Source of the DNA: an uncultured Planctomycetota bacterium
GTDB taxonomy: Bacteria > Planctomycetota > PLA2 > JAEUHO01
Direction of reading: 5' to 3'
Assembly (NCBI GenBank): GCA_963752285.1
Contig: CAVVXN010000001.1
Location: forward strand, 800,001 to 864,000
Length of the DNA: 64,000 nucleotides
Within the stretch, counting starts at the first letter, position 1. Each line of letters begins with the position of its first letter. Shown piece by piece: positions 41,269 through 52,700 of the stretch. A program made the position numbers and the translations under genes. The notes beneath the pieces were generated by a model. The model was not told the DNA's origin. It was given only the letters and a program-made list of their open reading frames with translations, and ran no database searches.

Positions 41269-42072
41269 CTACGAACCGGTCTCGGGCTCGGCCTCGATCT
41301 CGGGCCGGGCGAGGACGTCCGACGCGGGCTCCAGCTCCGCCTGGACGCGCGCCTCGCGCCAGAGCGCCACGGCCATCAGCACCGCGAAGAACGCGGAGGC
41401 CCCGTACGTGCCGAGGTCGAGGCCGCCCTGCGCCACGGGCTTGGTCAACAGGTCGCCGAAGGTGGCGCCGAACGGCCGCGTCAGGACGAACGCCACCCAG
41501 AAGAGGAACACCGACGAGAGCCGGGTGAAGTAGTGGGCGAGGGCCGTGATGGCGAGGAGCGCGGCGATCACGACCGCGCCGTGAAGGAACCCGAGGCCCA
41601 GGTCGTCGGACAGGTAGTCACCGGCGGCCGTTCCCAGCGTGTTCGCGATCAGGAAGCCGGCCCAGTAGAAGAGCTCGGCGCCCGGCGTCTCGATGCGTTC
41701 GACGGAGAGCGACCGTTCGACGAGGTACCAGATGGCCAGGGTCACGAGCAACATCGCCACCAGGAGCGCCGCGCCGACGGCGTAGCCGAGTTCCAGGGTG
41801 CGGTCGATGTAGTCCGAGGCGGCCGTGCCGAGGATCGCCGAGGCGGTGAAGACGCTCCAGTACGAGAGCGGGCCGTAGCGCCGAAGCGACATCTTGACGG
41901 CGAGCAGCACGAGGAACAGCGCCAGGAACACCAGGATCGTGACGCCGTAGCCCATGTGGAGCGTCATCGAGAACATGTCCGCTCCCGTCTCTCCGAGGGT
42001 GGTGGACGCGATCTTGATGACCCAGTAGGCGAAGACGATCCGGGGAACCCGGTTGAGGACGTCGCGTGTCAC
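41269..42072 (-). CDS. COG4705/DUF347 membrane protein
   Basis: YWVIKIASTTLGETGAD, ELFYWAGFLIANTLGTAAGD, FWVAFVLTRPFGATFGDLLTKP. Confidence 0.88.
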   Translation of the reverse strand: MTRDVLNRVPRIVFAYWVIKIASTTLGETGADMFSMTLHMGYGVTILVFLALFLVLLAVKMSLRRYGPLSYWSVFTASAILGTAASDYIDRTLELGYAVGAALLVAMLLVTLAIWYLVERSLSVERIETPGAELFYWAGFLIANTLGTAAGDYLSDDLGLGFLHGAVVIAALLAITALAHYFTRLSSVFLFWVAFVLTRPFGATFGDLLTKPVAQGGLDLGTYGASAFFAVLMAVALWREARVQAELEPASDVLARPEIEAEPETGS

Positions 42073-42283
42073 GGCTGCGAGAGCTCCCGGGGTGCGCGGC
42101 GAGGCATGATAGTCCTGGTCGGGGCCCCGCGATTCGCGTGAACCAGGAAGCGTGGGTCGCAAGACCTCTGGGATGACCATGGCCGGCTGCCCGTCGGACG
42201 CCGAGACGCTCTCCGTCACGCCGACTTCGTCCGCGCGGGCACCCTGGCGCTCCGGGTCCGGTATCGACTACGCTTCCCCGGCC

Positions 42284-42706
42284 ATGCTGCATCTCCACGA
42301 CGCCGTCATCCTGGCCGAGGACTACGCGAAGCTCAGGGACTGGTGGATCCAGGTCGTCGGGCTCGAGCTGCAGAAGGAGGTGACGGCGCACTACCACTAC
42401 GCGAAGCTCGGGCTGGGCGGCACGCTCGTCCTGGGCATCGCGTCGGCGCGCGAGATGGGCGCGGCGCCGCCGACACCCCGGGCGAACGCCGTGGTCCCTC
42501 AGCTTCGCGTCGAAGACGTGCATGCGTTCCTCGCGGGTCTTCGTGCGCGCGGAGGCGTCGTCGGCTTCGGGCCGTCGTTCGACGAGGAGGGCGGCTTCTG
42601 GTACGGCGGGTTCGAGGACGGCGAGGGGAATCCCGTATGGGTCGTCTCGCAGCAGGGGGCGGAGACCCCGCCTGGGAGCGGGGCGCCCGGCGCGGGTCCG
42701 GGTTGA
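42284..42706 (+). CDS. VOC/glyoxalase family protein
   Basis: LRVEDVHAF...LRARGG...FEDGEGNPVWV. Confidence 0.8.
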   Translation: MLHLHDAVILAEDYAKLRDWWIQVVGLELQKEVTAHYHYAKLGLGGTLVLGIASAREMGAAPPTPRANAVVPQLRVEDVHAFLAGLRARGGVVGFGPSFDEEGGFWYGGFEDGEGNPVWVVSQQGAETPPGSGAPGAGPG

Positions 42707-42873
42707 CCGGGCGACCGCGCCTTCGCGGCCCGGAGGCGTGGGGTGCGCGTCCGGGGGAACGCGACGTGAACCGAGTCTCGCCCCGCGGGCCCGCCCGCGT
42801 GGGCGCGGAAGGGGGCGCGCGTCGAGGACCCGGCCGGCCACGTCCCTGCGCGGACGAGCGAACCGCCGGCCGC

Positions 42874-44268
42874 TCAGCGTTGGAGGAGCTCCGCCACGCA
42901 GCAGGTGAGACGGCGCGCGGTCGGGAGGTGGAGGAACTCGTTCGGCCCGTGCGCGTTGCTGCCCGGTCCGAGGACGCCGGTCACGACGAACCTCGCCGCC
43001 GGGAAGCGCTCGCCGAGCATCGCCATGAAGGGAATCGTCCCGCCTTCGCCGTGGTGCGCGACGGGCTTCCCGAAGTGGCGACGCGAGGCCTCGTCGAGGC
43101 GATTCGCGAGCGCCTCGCCGGGGTCGGGCGCGTTCCATCCGTCGGCGGCGTCCCCCGGCTCGAACGTGACCCGCGCGCCGTAGGGGGGATCGGCCTCGAA
43201 GATCTCCTTCAACCGCGCGACGGCGGCCCGCGCGCCGCAGCCCGGCGGGACGCGGACCGAGACCTCGACGCTCGTCGTGGGACGGAGCACGTTGCCGGCC
43301 TTCTCGAGCGAGGGCAGCCCGGCCGCGCCGATCACCTCGATCGTGGGCCGCCACGTGTTCGCGAGGAGGAGCTCGACCGGGTCCTCGCTCGTCGCGTGCG
43401 CGCCGGGGACGAAGGGAAACTGCGCCCCCACGTCGCCGTGGAGCACGTCCGCCGTGGCCCGCGCCTGGGCGCGGCGCGCCGCGGGGATCTCCACCGAGAG
43501 CTCGGGCGGGAGGATCCGCCCCGTCGTCTCGTCCTCGACCCGCGAGAGCAAGGCGCGCACGATCCGGAAGGTCGAGGGAACGATCCCGCCCGCGCCGCCC
43601 GAGTGGACGCCCTCCTTCAGGACCTCGACGGTGAGCGTCCCGCTCACGAGGCCCCGGAGCGAGGTCGTGAGCCACAGGCGGTCGTAGTCGCCGCACCCGG
43701 AGTCGAGGCAGATCACGAGGTCCACGCGCCCGAGGCGGTCCTCCAGGTGCTCGACGTACGCCGGGAGATCGGGGCTCCCGCTCTCCTCGGAGCACTCGAC
43801 GAGCACGACGCAGCGCGGGACCTTCCCGCCCGCCTCGTGGACCGCGCGGATCGCGGTCAGGCTCGCGAAGACCGCGTAGCCGTCGTCCGCGCCGCCGCGC
43901 CCGTAGAGACGGTCGCCCTCGATCACGGGGACGAAGGGGCCGAGGCCCTCGCGCCAGCCCGTCATCTCGGGCTGCTTGTCGAGGTGGCCGTAGAGGAGGA
44001 CGGTCCCCTCGCCCTCGCCCGGCACCTCGAGGACGAGGAGCGGCGTCCGCCCGGGCAGGCGGACCACCTCCACCGCGAGGCCGGGCACCGGCTGCGTCCG
44101 GCACCAGGCGGCCGCGAGGTCCACCGCGCGGTCCATGTGCCCGTGCGCGGCCCAGTCGGGATCGAAGGCGGGGGAGAGATTCGGGATCCGGACGTACTCC
44201 GTGAGCCGGCCGACGATCTCGTCGGTCCAGATCCCGTTCACGAACGATTGGAGGCGCGCGTCGTCCAT
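42874..44268 (-). CDS. M20 family metallopeptidase
   Basis: YGHLDKQP, LYGRGGADDG, ECSEESGS, CLDSG, SNAHGPNE. Confidence 0.92.
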   Translation of the reverse strand: MDDARLQSFVNGIWTDEIVGRLTEYVRIPNLSPAFDPDWAAHGHMDRAVDLAAAWCRTQPVPGLAVEVVRLPGRTPLLVLEVPGEGEGTVLLYGHLDKQPEMTGWREGLGPFVPVIEGDRLYGRGGADDGYAVFASLTAIRAVHEAGGKVPRCVVLVECSEESGSPDLPAYVEHLEDRLGRVDLVICLDSGCGDYDRLWLTTSLRGLVSGTLTVEVLKEGVHSGGAGGIVPSTFRIVRALLSRVEDETTGRILPPELSVEIPAARRAQARATADVLHGDVGAQFPFVPGAHATSEDPVELLLANTWRPTIEVIGAAGLPSLEKAGNVLRPTTSVEVSVRVPPGCGARAAVARLKEIFEADPPYGARVTFEPGDAADGWNAPDPGEALANRLDEASRRHFGKPVAHHGEGGTIPFMAMLGERFPAARFVVTGVLGPGSNAHGPNEFLHLPTARRLTCCVAELLQR

Positions 44269-44366
44269 CCCGGGATCCTATCCACGCGGCACCGTCGCGC
44301 CTCGTCCCGACCGGCGTCCCGGAGTCCGCGCGGGCGCCGTCCCGGCTCCGGGGGTACGTTGCGGGC

Positions 44367-45083
44367 GTGAGCGACGCGGCGAGCCCTCGGCAGCGGTGGC
44401 GATTGCTGGAGGGGGAGGAGGGTCTCTTCTGCCCGCAGCTTCAACAGGTCGTCGCGACGACCACCAACCGTTGCCCGCGCTGCCCGACGCCCCCGACGAC
44501 GTTCGCCCCGGGGCTCTGCCCCGAGTGCGACACGCCGCTCGAGGCGGCCGAGGCCGGGACGGCCCGGGCCGTCGGCCGCTGTCCCGATTGCCACGGCGCG
44601 TGGTTCGACAGCGGCGCGATCCACGAGGCGTTGGACCTCCGCGTGGGCCTCGTCGAGCGGCCGCCGAAGTTGGTGCAGGTGCGTCAGCAGCTCGCCGCGT
44701 GTCCCGTCGAGGCGCCGCCCTCGCGAAGTCATCCGCGTTGCGTTCGGTGCCAGGAGCCGATGTTGCGGCGCCAGGTCGCGCCCCTCTCGGGCATCCCGGT
44801 CGAGCAGTGCGGCACGGACGGCCTCTGGTTCCCGCCCGGCCGCTACGAGCAGTTCGCCGCGTTCCTGACGGCCGGCGGCCTGGAGCTCGCCCCGAGCGAG
44901 ATCCACCGCGACGCGGCGGAACGGAAGCTGCTCGCCCGCGAGCGAGAGCTCGACGAGAAGCTGCAGCAAGGAGCGCCAGCAGCGCACGCACTGGGGCCTC
45001 GGCTTCCGCGGTCCCTCGTAACGAGGATCCCTCGCGTACGCCGCCTGCTGGGGAAGGGTACGTCTCACGCCCGGACGAGGTAG
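44367..45083 (+). CDS. Multi zinc-ribbon protein (TFIIB-type zinc fingers)
   Basis: CPRC, CPEC, CPDCHGAWFDSG, CVRC, QCGTDGLWF. Confidence 0.7.
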   Translation: MSDAASPRQRWRLLEGEEGLFCPQLQQVVATTTNRCPRCPTPPTTFAPGLCPECDTPLEAAEAGTARAVGRCPDCHGAWFDSGAIHEALDLRVGLVERPPKLVQVRQQLAACPVEAPPSRSHPRCVRCQEPMLRRQVAPLSGIPVEQCGTDGLWFPPGRYEQFAAFLTAGGLELAPSEIHRDAAERKLLARERELDEKLQQGAPAAHALGPRLPRSLVTRIPRVRRLLGKGTSHARTR

Positions 45084-45805
45084 ACCACCGACACCACGAC
45101 GAGACACCCGAGCACGAGGCGTCGGAACGTGTCGCCGTTCAGGTGCCCGGAGAGACGCGTCCCCACGTAGAGGCCCAGCGCGAGCACGGGCGCGAGCACG
45201 GCGTCGTCTCGGAGCACCGGGCCCGTGAGCAGGCCCTCCGAGGCGTAGAGCCCGAGCTGGAGCACGCACACCACGAGGAAGAAGCCCTGGAGGACGGCCT
45301 TGAAGGTCCCCTGAGGCCAACGGCGCGCGGTGCCGTACACGATGGCCGGCGGGCCGCCCGTGTTGAACGCCGCCCCGAGGAACCCGCCCGCGACGCCCAG
45401 GCCGACGCCCAGCGGGTCGAGAGCCCAGACCGGGCTCGACGAGCCCGGGGACTCCACGCCGCCGAAGACGAGCCCGTGGGTCGCGTAGAGCAGCAGCACC
45501 GCTCCGAGCAGGCGCATCACGACGTGCGGTTCGACCGACACGACGAGGAGCGCGCCGAGCGGCGCCCCGACCACGCCGCCGACGAGCAGGGGGGCGGCCG
45601 CGCGGAACGTGAAGTCCCGGCGGTAGTGCCACAGGAGCGACACGTTGTTCAGGAGGCCGAACACGGCCACGAGCGCGACCGCCGTTCGGTAGCCGAGGAT
45701 CCACGGCACGATCGCCATCGCCACCATGCCGAACCCGAACCCCAGCACGCCCTGCGTGAAGGCCGCGAGGAGGACGACGAAACCGACGGTCACGAGCGGG
45801 GGCAT
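45065..45805 (-). CDS. TauE/SafE family (sulfite exporter-like) membrane protein
   Basis: AAFTQGVLGFGFG, GAPLGA, GGFLGAAFNTGGPP; about 8 TM segments. Confidence 0.88.
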   Translation of the reverse strand: MPPLVTVGFVVLLAAFTQGVLGFGFGMVAMAIVPWILGYRTAVALVAVFGLLNNVSLLWHYRRDFTFRAAAPLLVGGVVGAPLGALLVVSVEPHVVMRLLGAVLLLYATHGLVFGGVESPGSSSPVWALDPLGVGLGVAGGFLGAAFNTGGPPAIVYGTARRWPQGTFKAVLQGFFLVVCVLQLGLYASEGLLTGPVLRDDAVLAPVLALGLYVGTRLSGHLNGDTFRRLVLGCLVVVSVVYLVRA

Positions 45806-46092
45806 CGGCGCGGAAGCGTAGCCGGAACCGGCGCCGACATCGCGTGTCGTTCCGGCGAGAGCGGACCCGGGTTGCGCGTCGTCGCCGGAGGGCATCGAGC
45901 GTGCGTTCGCATGGCGAGCGACGACAGGGGCATCCGACGGCCGAGAGCGCGAGAACGGCGTCGCGCGCCTCGACAGGTCGGCGCGTTCGTGCGGCGGATC
46001 GGGTTCGCGCGGCCCGGGACGCCCCGGAACGCGCGTATCCTCCTCTCCACGGTCGCGGGGAGAGGCCCCGCCCGACGATCGGGGGCCCGCCC

Positions 46093-47700
46093 ATGAAGCG
46101 TCTCGTCTCGAAGGACGTCCGGTCGCGGAGCGTGCTCCTCACGGTGCTCGTGGTGATCCTCCTGGTGGGGCTGCCCCTGGCCGTCTGGCTCGACCTGCGC
46201 GACCTCTCGGAGTCGTCCCTCCGGCGCCAGACGAGCGACCTCAACTCGGTCATCGGGAGCATCCGCGCCTACTACGCCAAGAACATCGTCGGTCGCGTGC
46301 TCGCCTCGCCGCACGACACCCAGGTGCTCCCCAACTACGAAGACGTCCCGGGGGCGATCCCCATCCCCGCCACGCTCTCGCTCGAGCTCGGGAAGGTGAT
46401 CTCGGAGCAGCAGTCGAACATCTCGTACCGGTTCGTCTCGGACTACCCGTTCAAGAACCGCGCGGTCCACCCGCTCGACGGGTTCGAGCGGGCCGCCCTC
46501 GCGTCGCTCCGCGAGAACCCCGACCAGTCGCTGACCGACGTCTCGTCCACGCTGACCGAGAGCAGCGTGCGACACGTCACGCCGATCATCATGGGGGCCA
46601 CCTGCGTCGCGTGCCACAACACGCATCCCGACAGCCTGAAGCGAGACTGGAAGGTCGGAGACGTGCGCGGCATCCAGGAGGTCGCGATCCAGCAACCCCT
46701 CGCTGCGAACCTCCTCTCGTTCAAGTACCTGCTCACGTACTTCGCCTTCGCGGCGACCTGCGGCGTGACGTTCATCGTGCTGCAGGGCCGGCAGGCGCTC
46801 GCGATCGGGCGGATGAACCAGGAGCTCGAGGCCAACAACGACTTCCTCGCCACCGTGTCGATGAAGATCTCCCGCTACCTCGCGCCCCAGGTCTACAAGA
46901 GCATCTTCACCGGACAGCGCGACGTGGTGATCCACACCGAGAGGAAGCGTCTGACGATCTTCTTCTCCGACATCAAGGACTTCACGGCGACGACCGAGCG
47001 CCTTCAGCCCGAGGAGATCACCGCGCGATTGAACGAGTACTTCACGGAGATGTCGAAGATCGCCGCGGCGCACGGCGGGACCGTGGACAAGTTCATCGGC
47101 GACGCGATGCTGATCTTCTTCGGCGATCCCGAGACGCGCGGCGCCGCCGAGGACGCGAAGGCGTGCCTGCGGATGGCCGTCGAGATGCAGGGCCGGCTCG
47201 CCGAGCTGAACGCCCGCTGGCGGAACGAGGGCATCGAAGAGCCCTTCCGTGTCCGCATGGGCATCAACACGGGCTTCTGCAACGTGGGCAACTTCGGCAG
47301 CGCGGACCGCATGGACTACACGATCATCGGCGCGGAGGCGAATCTCGCCGCTCGGCTCCAGACGATGGCGGACCCGGGACAGGTCGTGGTGAGCTACGAG
47401 ACGTACGCGCTCGTGCGCGACCTGGTCGTCGCGCGTCCGCTGCCGCCGATCTCCATGAAGGGCATTCCGCGCGAGGTGGTGCCGTACGCCATCGACGGGC
47501 TCGTGGACGCGAGCGGCGCTCCCCAGCGCATCTTCAGCGAGCACATGACGGGCCTCGACTTCTACCTCGATCCCGTCGCGGTGGACGCCCAGGCGGCCGA
47601 CCACGCCCGCGCGGTCCTCCGGCGCGCGCTCGCCGAGCTCGACCGCCGCGCAGGGAGAGAGGCCCCCGCCCCGACCCGGCGCGCGGACGACACGGACTAG
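46093..47700 (+). CDS. Class III adenylate/guanylate cyclase with periplasmic heme-c (DUF3365/Tll0287-like) sensor
   Basis: TM, PIPAT, YRFVSDYPF, CVACH, WKVGDVRG, TM, FFSDIKDFT, VDKFIGDA, RMGINTG, DYTIIG, NLAARL. Confidence 0.9.
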   Translation: MKRLVSKDVRSRSVLLTVLVVILLVGLPLAVWLDLRDLSESSLRRQTSDLNSVIGSIRAYYAKNIVGRVLASPHDTQVLPNYEDVPGAIPIPATLSLELGKVISEQQSNISYRFVSDYPFKNRAVHPLDGFERAALASLRENPDQSLTDVSSTLTESSVRHVTPIIMGATCVACHNTHPDSLKRDWKVGDVRGIQEVAIQQPLAANLLSFKYLLTYFAFAATCGVTFIVLQGRQALAIGRMNQELEANNDFLATVSMKISRYLAPQVYKSIFTGQRDVVIHTERKRLTIFFSDIKDFTATTERLQPEEITARLNEYFTEMSKIAAAHGGTVDKFIGDAMLIFFGDPETRGAAEDAKACLRMAVEMQGRLAELNARWRNEGIEEPFRVRMGINTGFCNVGNFGSADRMDYTIIGAEANLAARLQTMADPGQVVVSYETYALVRDLVVARPLPPISMKGIPREVVPYAIDGLVDASGAPQRIFSEHMTGLDFYLDPVAVDAQAADHARAVLRRALAELDRRAGREAPAPTRRADDTD

Positions 47701-47864
47701 CGTTCTGAGTCCGAACACCAGTCTCCGGACCTGTGGGGTCCCGGTTTCCCGCCCGGCGGGCGCCGGTCGCCATCGCTACGGGCCCCGACGGAACGTACGC
47801 GGTGGCCGGGCGGACCGTGTCTCGGCTTCGCCGGCGGGACGTCGGCCCATGTAGGATTCGACGC

Positions 47865-48938
47865 ATGTCGGCACGGACGCGACGCACCATGAGATGGGTG
47901 ATCGGCGGCGTCTCGGTCGCCGGCCTCTTGGGCCTCGCCGCCGTCCTCCCCGGTACGGCTCGCGGCGTGCCCGCGGTCGATTCCGGCGTTCGCGCCGCCG
48001 GCGACGGCGCCGCCCGCGCCCCCGCCGAGCCGCGTACGGCGGTCCACCTGGCCGGCCGTGACGTGCGGCACGAAACGACGACGCGCGCGGGCGCCGAGAG
48101 ACGCGTTGCGGTCCGGCCGGAGGCGCGCGGACGCGACGATCCTCTCCTGCGGCTCCACTTCCCCTACGTCGAAGAGGGCTCGGTCCTGGCGATCGAGGTC
48201 CTACCACCGCGCACACAGGGCCGGGTGAGCCCCGGGCAGGCCGTCCTCGTGTCCCGGACGCGGTCGGTGGACCTCCCCTGGCGCGAAACCGATCACGCAG
48301 ACCTCCTGGTCGTCTCCCCCGGGGACGGCCGCTACGCGTTCGTCCGAGACGCCGGGGTCTCGGCGACCCCGATCGAGGTCGAGCTCCGTCCCGGCCGCCC
48401 CTTGCGTTGCCGACTCGTGTTCCCCGAGGGTGTGATGGGCGAGGACCTGGATTGGGAGCTGCGGGCCGAGGGCTTCGACTTCGTCGCGTGGACGACGGGC
48501 GGCGGAGGCGCGGGGTCCGAGACCTCGTTCCCGGCCGTTCCCGAGGACGGTGTCGTGGTGGTGGTGGCGCGTGCGCACGCGAGGGAGCGGGGTCTCGGCC
48601 GGGTGGACGTGGATCCCGGGTACGTGGGCCACGTTCGCGCGGTCCCGCCCGGGCCCGCCCGCGTCGAGATGCGAAGAGGCGTGCTCGTGGGCGTGCGGCT
48701 GAGCGGGGTGGAGGCGACCGACCTCGAGGGCGCCGACGTCGGCATCGAGGCCACGGAGGGCGACGCGAACGCGATGGCCCTGCTCGTGGGCTACGGCGAG
48801 ATCTTCGCCGCGTGGCCCGGCACGTGGACCTTCCGGGCCCGGGGACGCCTCCGCGATGGCCGCGTCGTCTCCGGCGAGCGCGTCGCCGAGGTCGGGACCG
48901 ACGAGAGCCTCGTCGATCTCGTGCTCGCCGCGGAGTGA
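47865..48938 (+). CDS. Hypothetical exported/membrane-anchored protein
   Basis: N-terminal hydrophobic segment, beta-rich remainder; TAGGAT 7 nt upstream of ATG. Confidence 0.6.
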   Translation: MSARTRRTMRWVIGGVSVAGLLGLAAVLPGTARGVPAVDSGVRAAGDGAARAPAEPRTAVHLAGRDVRHETTTRAGAERRVAVRPEARGRDDPLLRLHFPYVEEGSVLAIEVLPPRTQGRVSPGQAVLVSRTRSVDLPWRETDHADLLVVSPGDGRYAFVRDAGVSATPIEVELRPGRPLRCRLVFPEGVMGEDLDWELRAEGFDFVAWTTGGGGAGSETSFPAVPEDGVVVVVARAHARERGLGRVDVDPGYVGHVRAVPPGPARVEMRRGVLVGVRLSGVEATDLEGADVGIEATEGDANAMALLVGYGEIFAAWPGTWTFRARGRLRDGRVVSGERVAEVGTDESLVDLVLAAE

Positions 48939-49106
48939 CGGGGCGCCCCGGGGGCCGGTTCGTGTGCGGCGTCCTGGTCCGGCGCTCGAGGCGGGTGCGC
49001 CGCAGGCGAGCGGGAGGGAACCGGGGACGTGCGCGCCAGGCGCCGCACGATCGACGCCGCTCGGGCCGCCCTCGACGACGCGCGCCACCGGGTAGAATCC
49101 CGCAGG

Positions 49107-49695
49107 ATGGCCGAGCCGGACGTCGCCGCGCTGCTCGTCGAGGTCGGGCGGGGATCGCCCGAGGCCGCTACGCGTCTCTTCGAGGCGCTCTACGCCGAGC
49201 TTCGGGAGGTGGCGGGGCGCGTCTTCGGCCGGCAGCGCGAGGGCCACACGCTCTCGCCGACCGTCCTCGTGCACGAGGCCTACGTGAAGCTGGTGACGTC
49301 GAGGTCGAGCGCGAGCCCCGCGGACCGCGCGCACTTCCTGAACCTCGCCGCGCGCGCCATGCGGCAGGTCCTCGTGAACCACGAGCGCGACCGGCGCGCG
49401 AAGAAACGGGGCGGAGGCGAGGAACGGCACCGCGTCACGCTCTCCGACGCGCCGACGCCCGTCCGCGGCGCCGACGGTGGACCTCCTCGACCTCGACGAG
49501 GCCCTCGCGGCGCTGGATCGCCTGGACGGACGTCAGGCGCGGATCGCCGAGATGCGGATCTTCGGCGGCCTGGCGATCGAGGAGATCGCCACGCTCCTCG
49601 GCGTGTCGAAGCGAACGATCGAGCTCGACTGGCGGATGGCGAAGGACTTCCTCGGCTCCCGGCTCCTGCCGCCCGCCACGCGCCCCCAACGCTGA
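49107..49695 (+). pseudogene. ECF sigma factor (planctomycete TIGR02999-like), frameshifted near 49475
   Basis: LYAELREVA...HTLSPTVLVHEAYVKL...RAMRQVLVNHERDRRAKKRGG in one frame; DLLDLDEAL...IATLLGVSKRTIELDWRMAK in the +1 frame. Confidence 0.85.
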
Positions 49696-49704
49696 GCGAA
49701 GCCG

Positions 49705-52700
49705 ATGGACCCCCAGCGCTACCGACGCGTGAAGGAGGTCTACTTCGAGGCCTCCGCGTTCCCCGAGGCGGACCGGGAAGCCTACCTCGTGACCGCCTGC
49801 GCGGGGGACGCGGCTCTCGAGGCGGAGGTGCGGCGCCTCCTCGCGACGCGCCCGCCCAGCACCGACGGCGTACGGCCCGGCCCGGCGCGCGGCGCGCCGC
49901 CGGAGGCGCTCCGCGACGGAACGCGCGTCGGCGAGCACGTCCTCGTTCGCGTCCTCGGGGTCGGCGGGATGGGCCGCGTCTACGAGGCCCGCGCCGACGA
50001 CGGGTCCCGCGTCGCGATCAAGGTGTTCCATCCGCACCTCCTCGAACGGGCCGGCTCCCGCGCGCGCTTCCACCGCGAGGTCGAGATCGGGCGCCGCGTG
50101 ACGCATCCCTGCGTCGTCCGGACGCTGGGCGCCGGCTCCGTGACGCTCGCGAGCGGCCCCGTGGACTACCTCGTGATGGAGTACGTCCAGGGCCGCACGC
50201 TCCGCCAGGTGCTCGACCATCTCGGCTCGCTGCCCGAGGGCCTCGTGCGCGAGATCGGGTCGCAGGCCGCGCGCGGCCTCGAGGCCGTGCACGAGGCGGG
50301 CGCGGTCCATCGGGACGTGAAGCCCGAGAACCTGCTCCTGACCGAGGACCACCGCCTCCGCATCACGGACCTCGGCGTCGCGAAGGTGCTCGAGGGCGTG
50401 CCGAGCCTCACGAGCGACGGGCAGTTCGTCGGGTCGCTCCACTACGCGGCCCCGGAGCAGCTCGGCCAGGGCACGATCGGGCCGGCCACCGACCTCTACG
50501 CGCTGGGCGTGGTCCTCTACGAGCTCGCGACCGGGTCGCACCCCTTCGCCGCCGAGAGCCCCGCCGCCATGCTCCGTGCCCACCTCGAGCGGGTGCCGAC
50601 GCCCGCCGTGGACCGCGGCGTGGGCGTCTCGCCCTTCCTCTCGGCGGTGCTCGCGACGTTGCTCGCGAAGGACCCGCGCGACCGGTTTCCGTCCGCCGCC
50701 GCCCTCGCGGGCGTGCTCGAGGAGGGCGAGTCGGCGCCGTGGTGGCGCGATCACGCGACGAGGTCGGCGCCGGCGCGCCCGCCGCTCGTCGCCGTCGCCC
50801 GCGAGACGGCGATGTACGGGCGGGTCCAGGAACGCGAACGGCTGGAGGCCGCGTGGGGGGACGCGCGCGAGGGCCACGGGCGGACCGTCCTCCTCGTCGC
50901 CGACGCCGGCTTCGGAAAGACGCGGCTCGTCGGCGAGCTCCTCCAGTCGCACGCCACCGACGACGCCGCGCGCCTCTACGGCGCGTTCGAGCCGGGCGGA
51001 GGCGGAGGGCTCCGGAGCGCGCTCGCGCGCTACTTCCTGGAGGACGCGCCGGAGGAGCGGATCGAGGAGTACCTCGGCGAGTCGCGGGCGCTCCTCCCGG
51101 GGATCGTCGCCTGGCTTCGGCGCCAGCTTCCGCCGGCCGACCGGCCCTTGCCCGACCTCGCGACGCGAAACGCCCTCGCCGCGCGGCTCCTGACCGGCCT
51201 CGCGGCGCGCCGTCCCGTGCTCTGGGTCGTGGAGGACCTCCACCACGCCGGCGCGGACGCGCTCACGACGGTGTTCTCGCTCGCGCGCGCGGCGGCCGGG
51301 AAGGCCGTGCTCCTCGTCCTCACGTCGCGCGAGCCGCTGCCGCCGGCGCCGCGGGCCGAGCTCGGGCGGATCACCCGCTTCGAGTCGGTCCCGCTCGGCC
51401 GCATCCCGACCGCCGACGTGGAGGGGATCTGCCGCGAGCGTTTCGACGACGAGGACGCCGCGCGTCGCGTGGGCCCGCGCGTCGCGGCGCTCGCCGACGG
51501 GGTGCCGCTCTTCGCGCTCGAGATCCTCCGCGGCCTCGAGATCGGCGGACGGCTGACGCGAACGCCCAGCGGCCGCTACGTCGAGACCCAGCCGATCGAC
51601 GACATCGAGGTGCCGCCGACGCTTCGCGAGCTCGTGGGCGACCGGCTGCACGGCCTCACGCGGGAGGAGGCCGAGATGCTCGACGTCGCGGCCGTCGCCG
51701 GCGGTGCGATCGACCCCGACCTGGTCGCGCGCGTGCGCGGCGTGACGCGCCTGCGCGTCCTCGAGGTCCTGGGCCACCTCGAGAAGAAGTCGCGGCTCGT
51801 CCGGAGCGACGGCGCGACCCTCCGCTTCGACCACCCGCTGATCGGCGAGGTGGTGTACGACGCCCTTCCGCCCGCGCTCCGCCAGGAACTCCATCGCCTC
51901 GTGGCGGAGGCGATCCTCGCGGGCGCGGACGGGCCCGACGCCGTGACAGGCCAGGCCGCCGCCGCCGCGGTGCACCACCACCTTCGCGGCGCGACGCCCG
52001 ATCGGGCCCTGCCCCTCGCGCCGCGGGCCATCGAGTGGCTCTCCGGCAACCACCACGGGCCGCGGATGGTGGACGTGCTCGTCCGCCTGCGGGAGGTCCG
52101 AGACGTCGATCCCGTGGTCCGCGTGCGGTACGGGATCCATCTCGGCCGGACGCTCCAGCAGCTCGGCCGGTCGGACGACGCCCAGTCGACACTCGCCGAG
52201 TCGATCGAGGAAGCCGACCGCCTCGGCGACCCGGGACTCCGCGTCGACGCGCGCGCCGCGCTGGGGTACCTCCGGATCGAGCGGGGCGAGTTCGACGGTG
52301 CGCTCCAGACCCTCGACGAGGTGTCGCCGCTCCTCGGACCGGGCGCCGATCCCGCGCGTCGCGCGGACGCCCTCGGCGCGCGCGGTCAGGCCCTCTGGTG
52401 CCTCGGTCGCTACGAGGACGCGCGCCGGTGTCACGAGGAGGCGCTGGCCCTCGCCCGCGACGTCGGGCTGTCGAACTTCGAGGCGCGCGCGTCCTCGGAC
52501 CTCGCGGTGGTCTGTCACGAGCTCGGCGAGCTCGACCGCGCCGAGGCGCTGCTCCGTCGCGCGATCGAGATCCAACGCGCCGAGGGGACGCTCCGGAACG
52601 AGGCCGTCTCGATCTCGAACCTCGCGAACGTGCTCCACGACCAGGGGCGGAAGGCCGAGGCCCTCGAGAGCTACGAGGCCTCGCTCGCGCTGTGCCGGAA

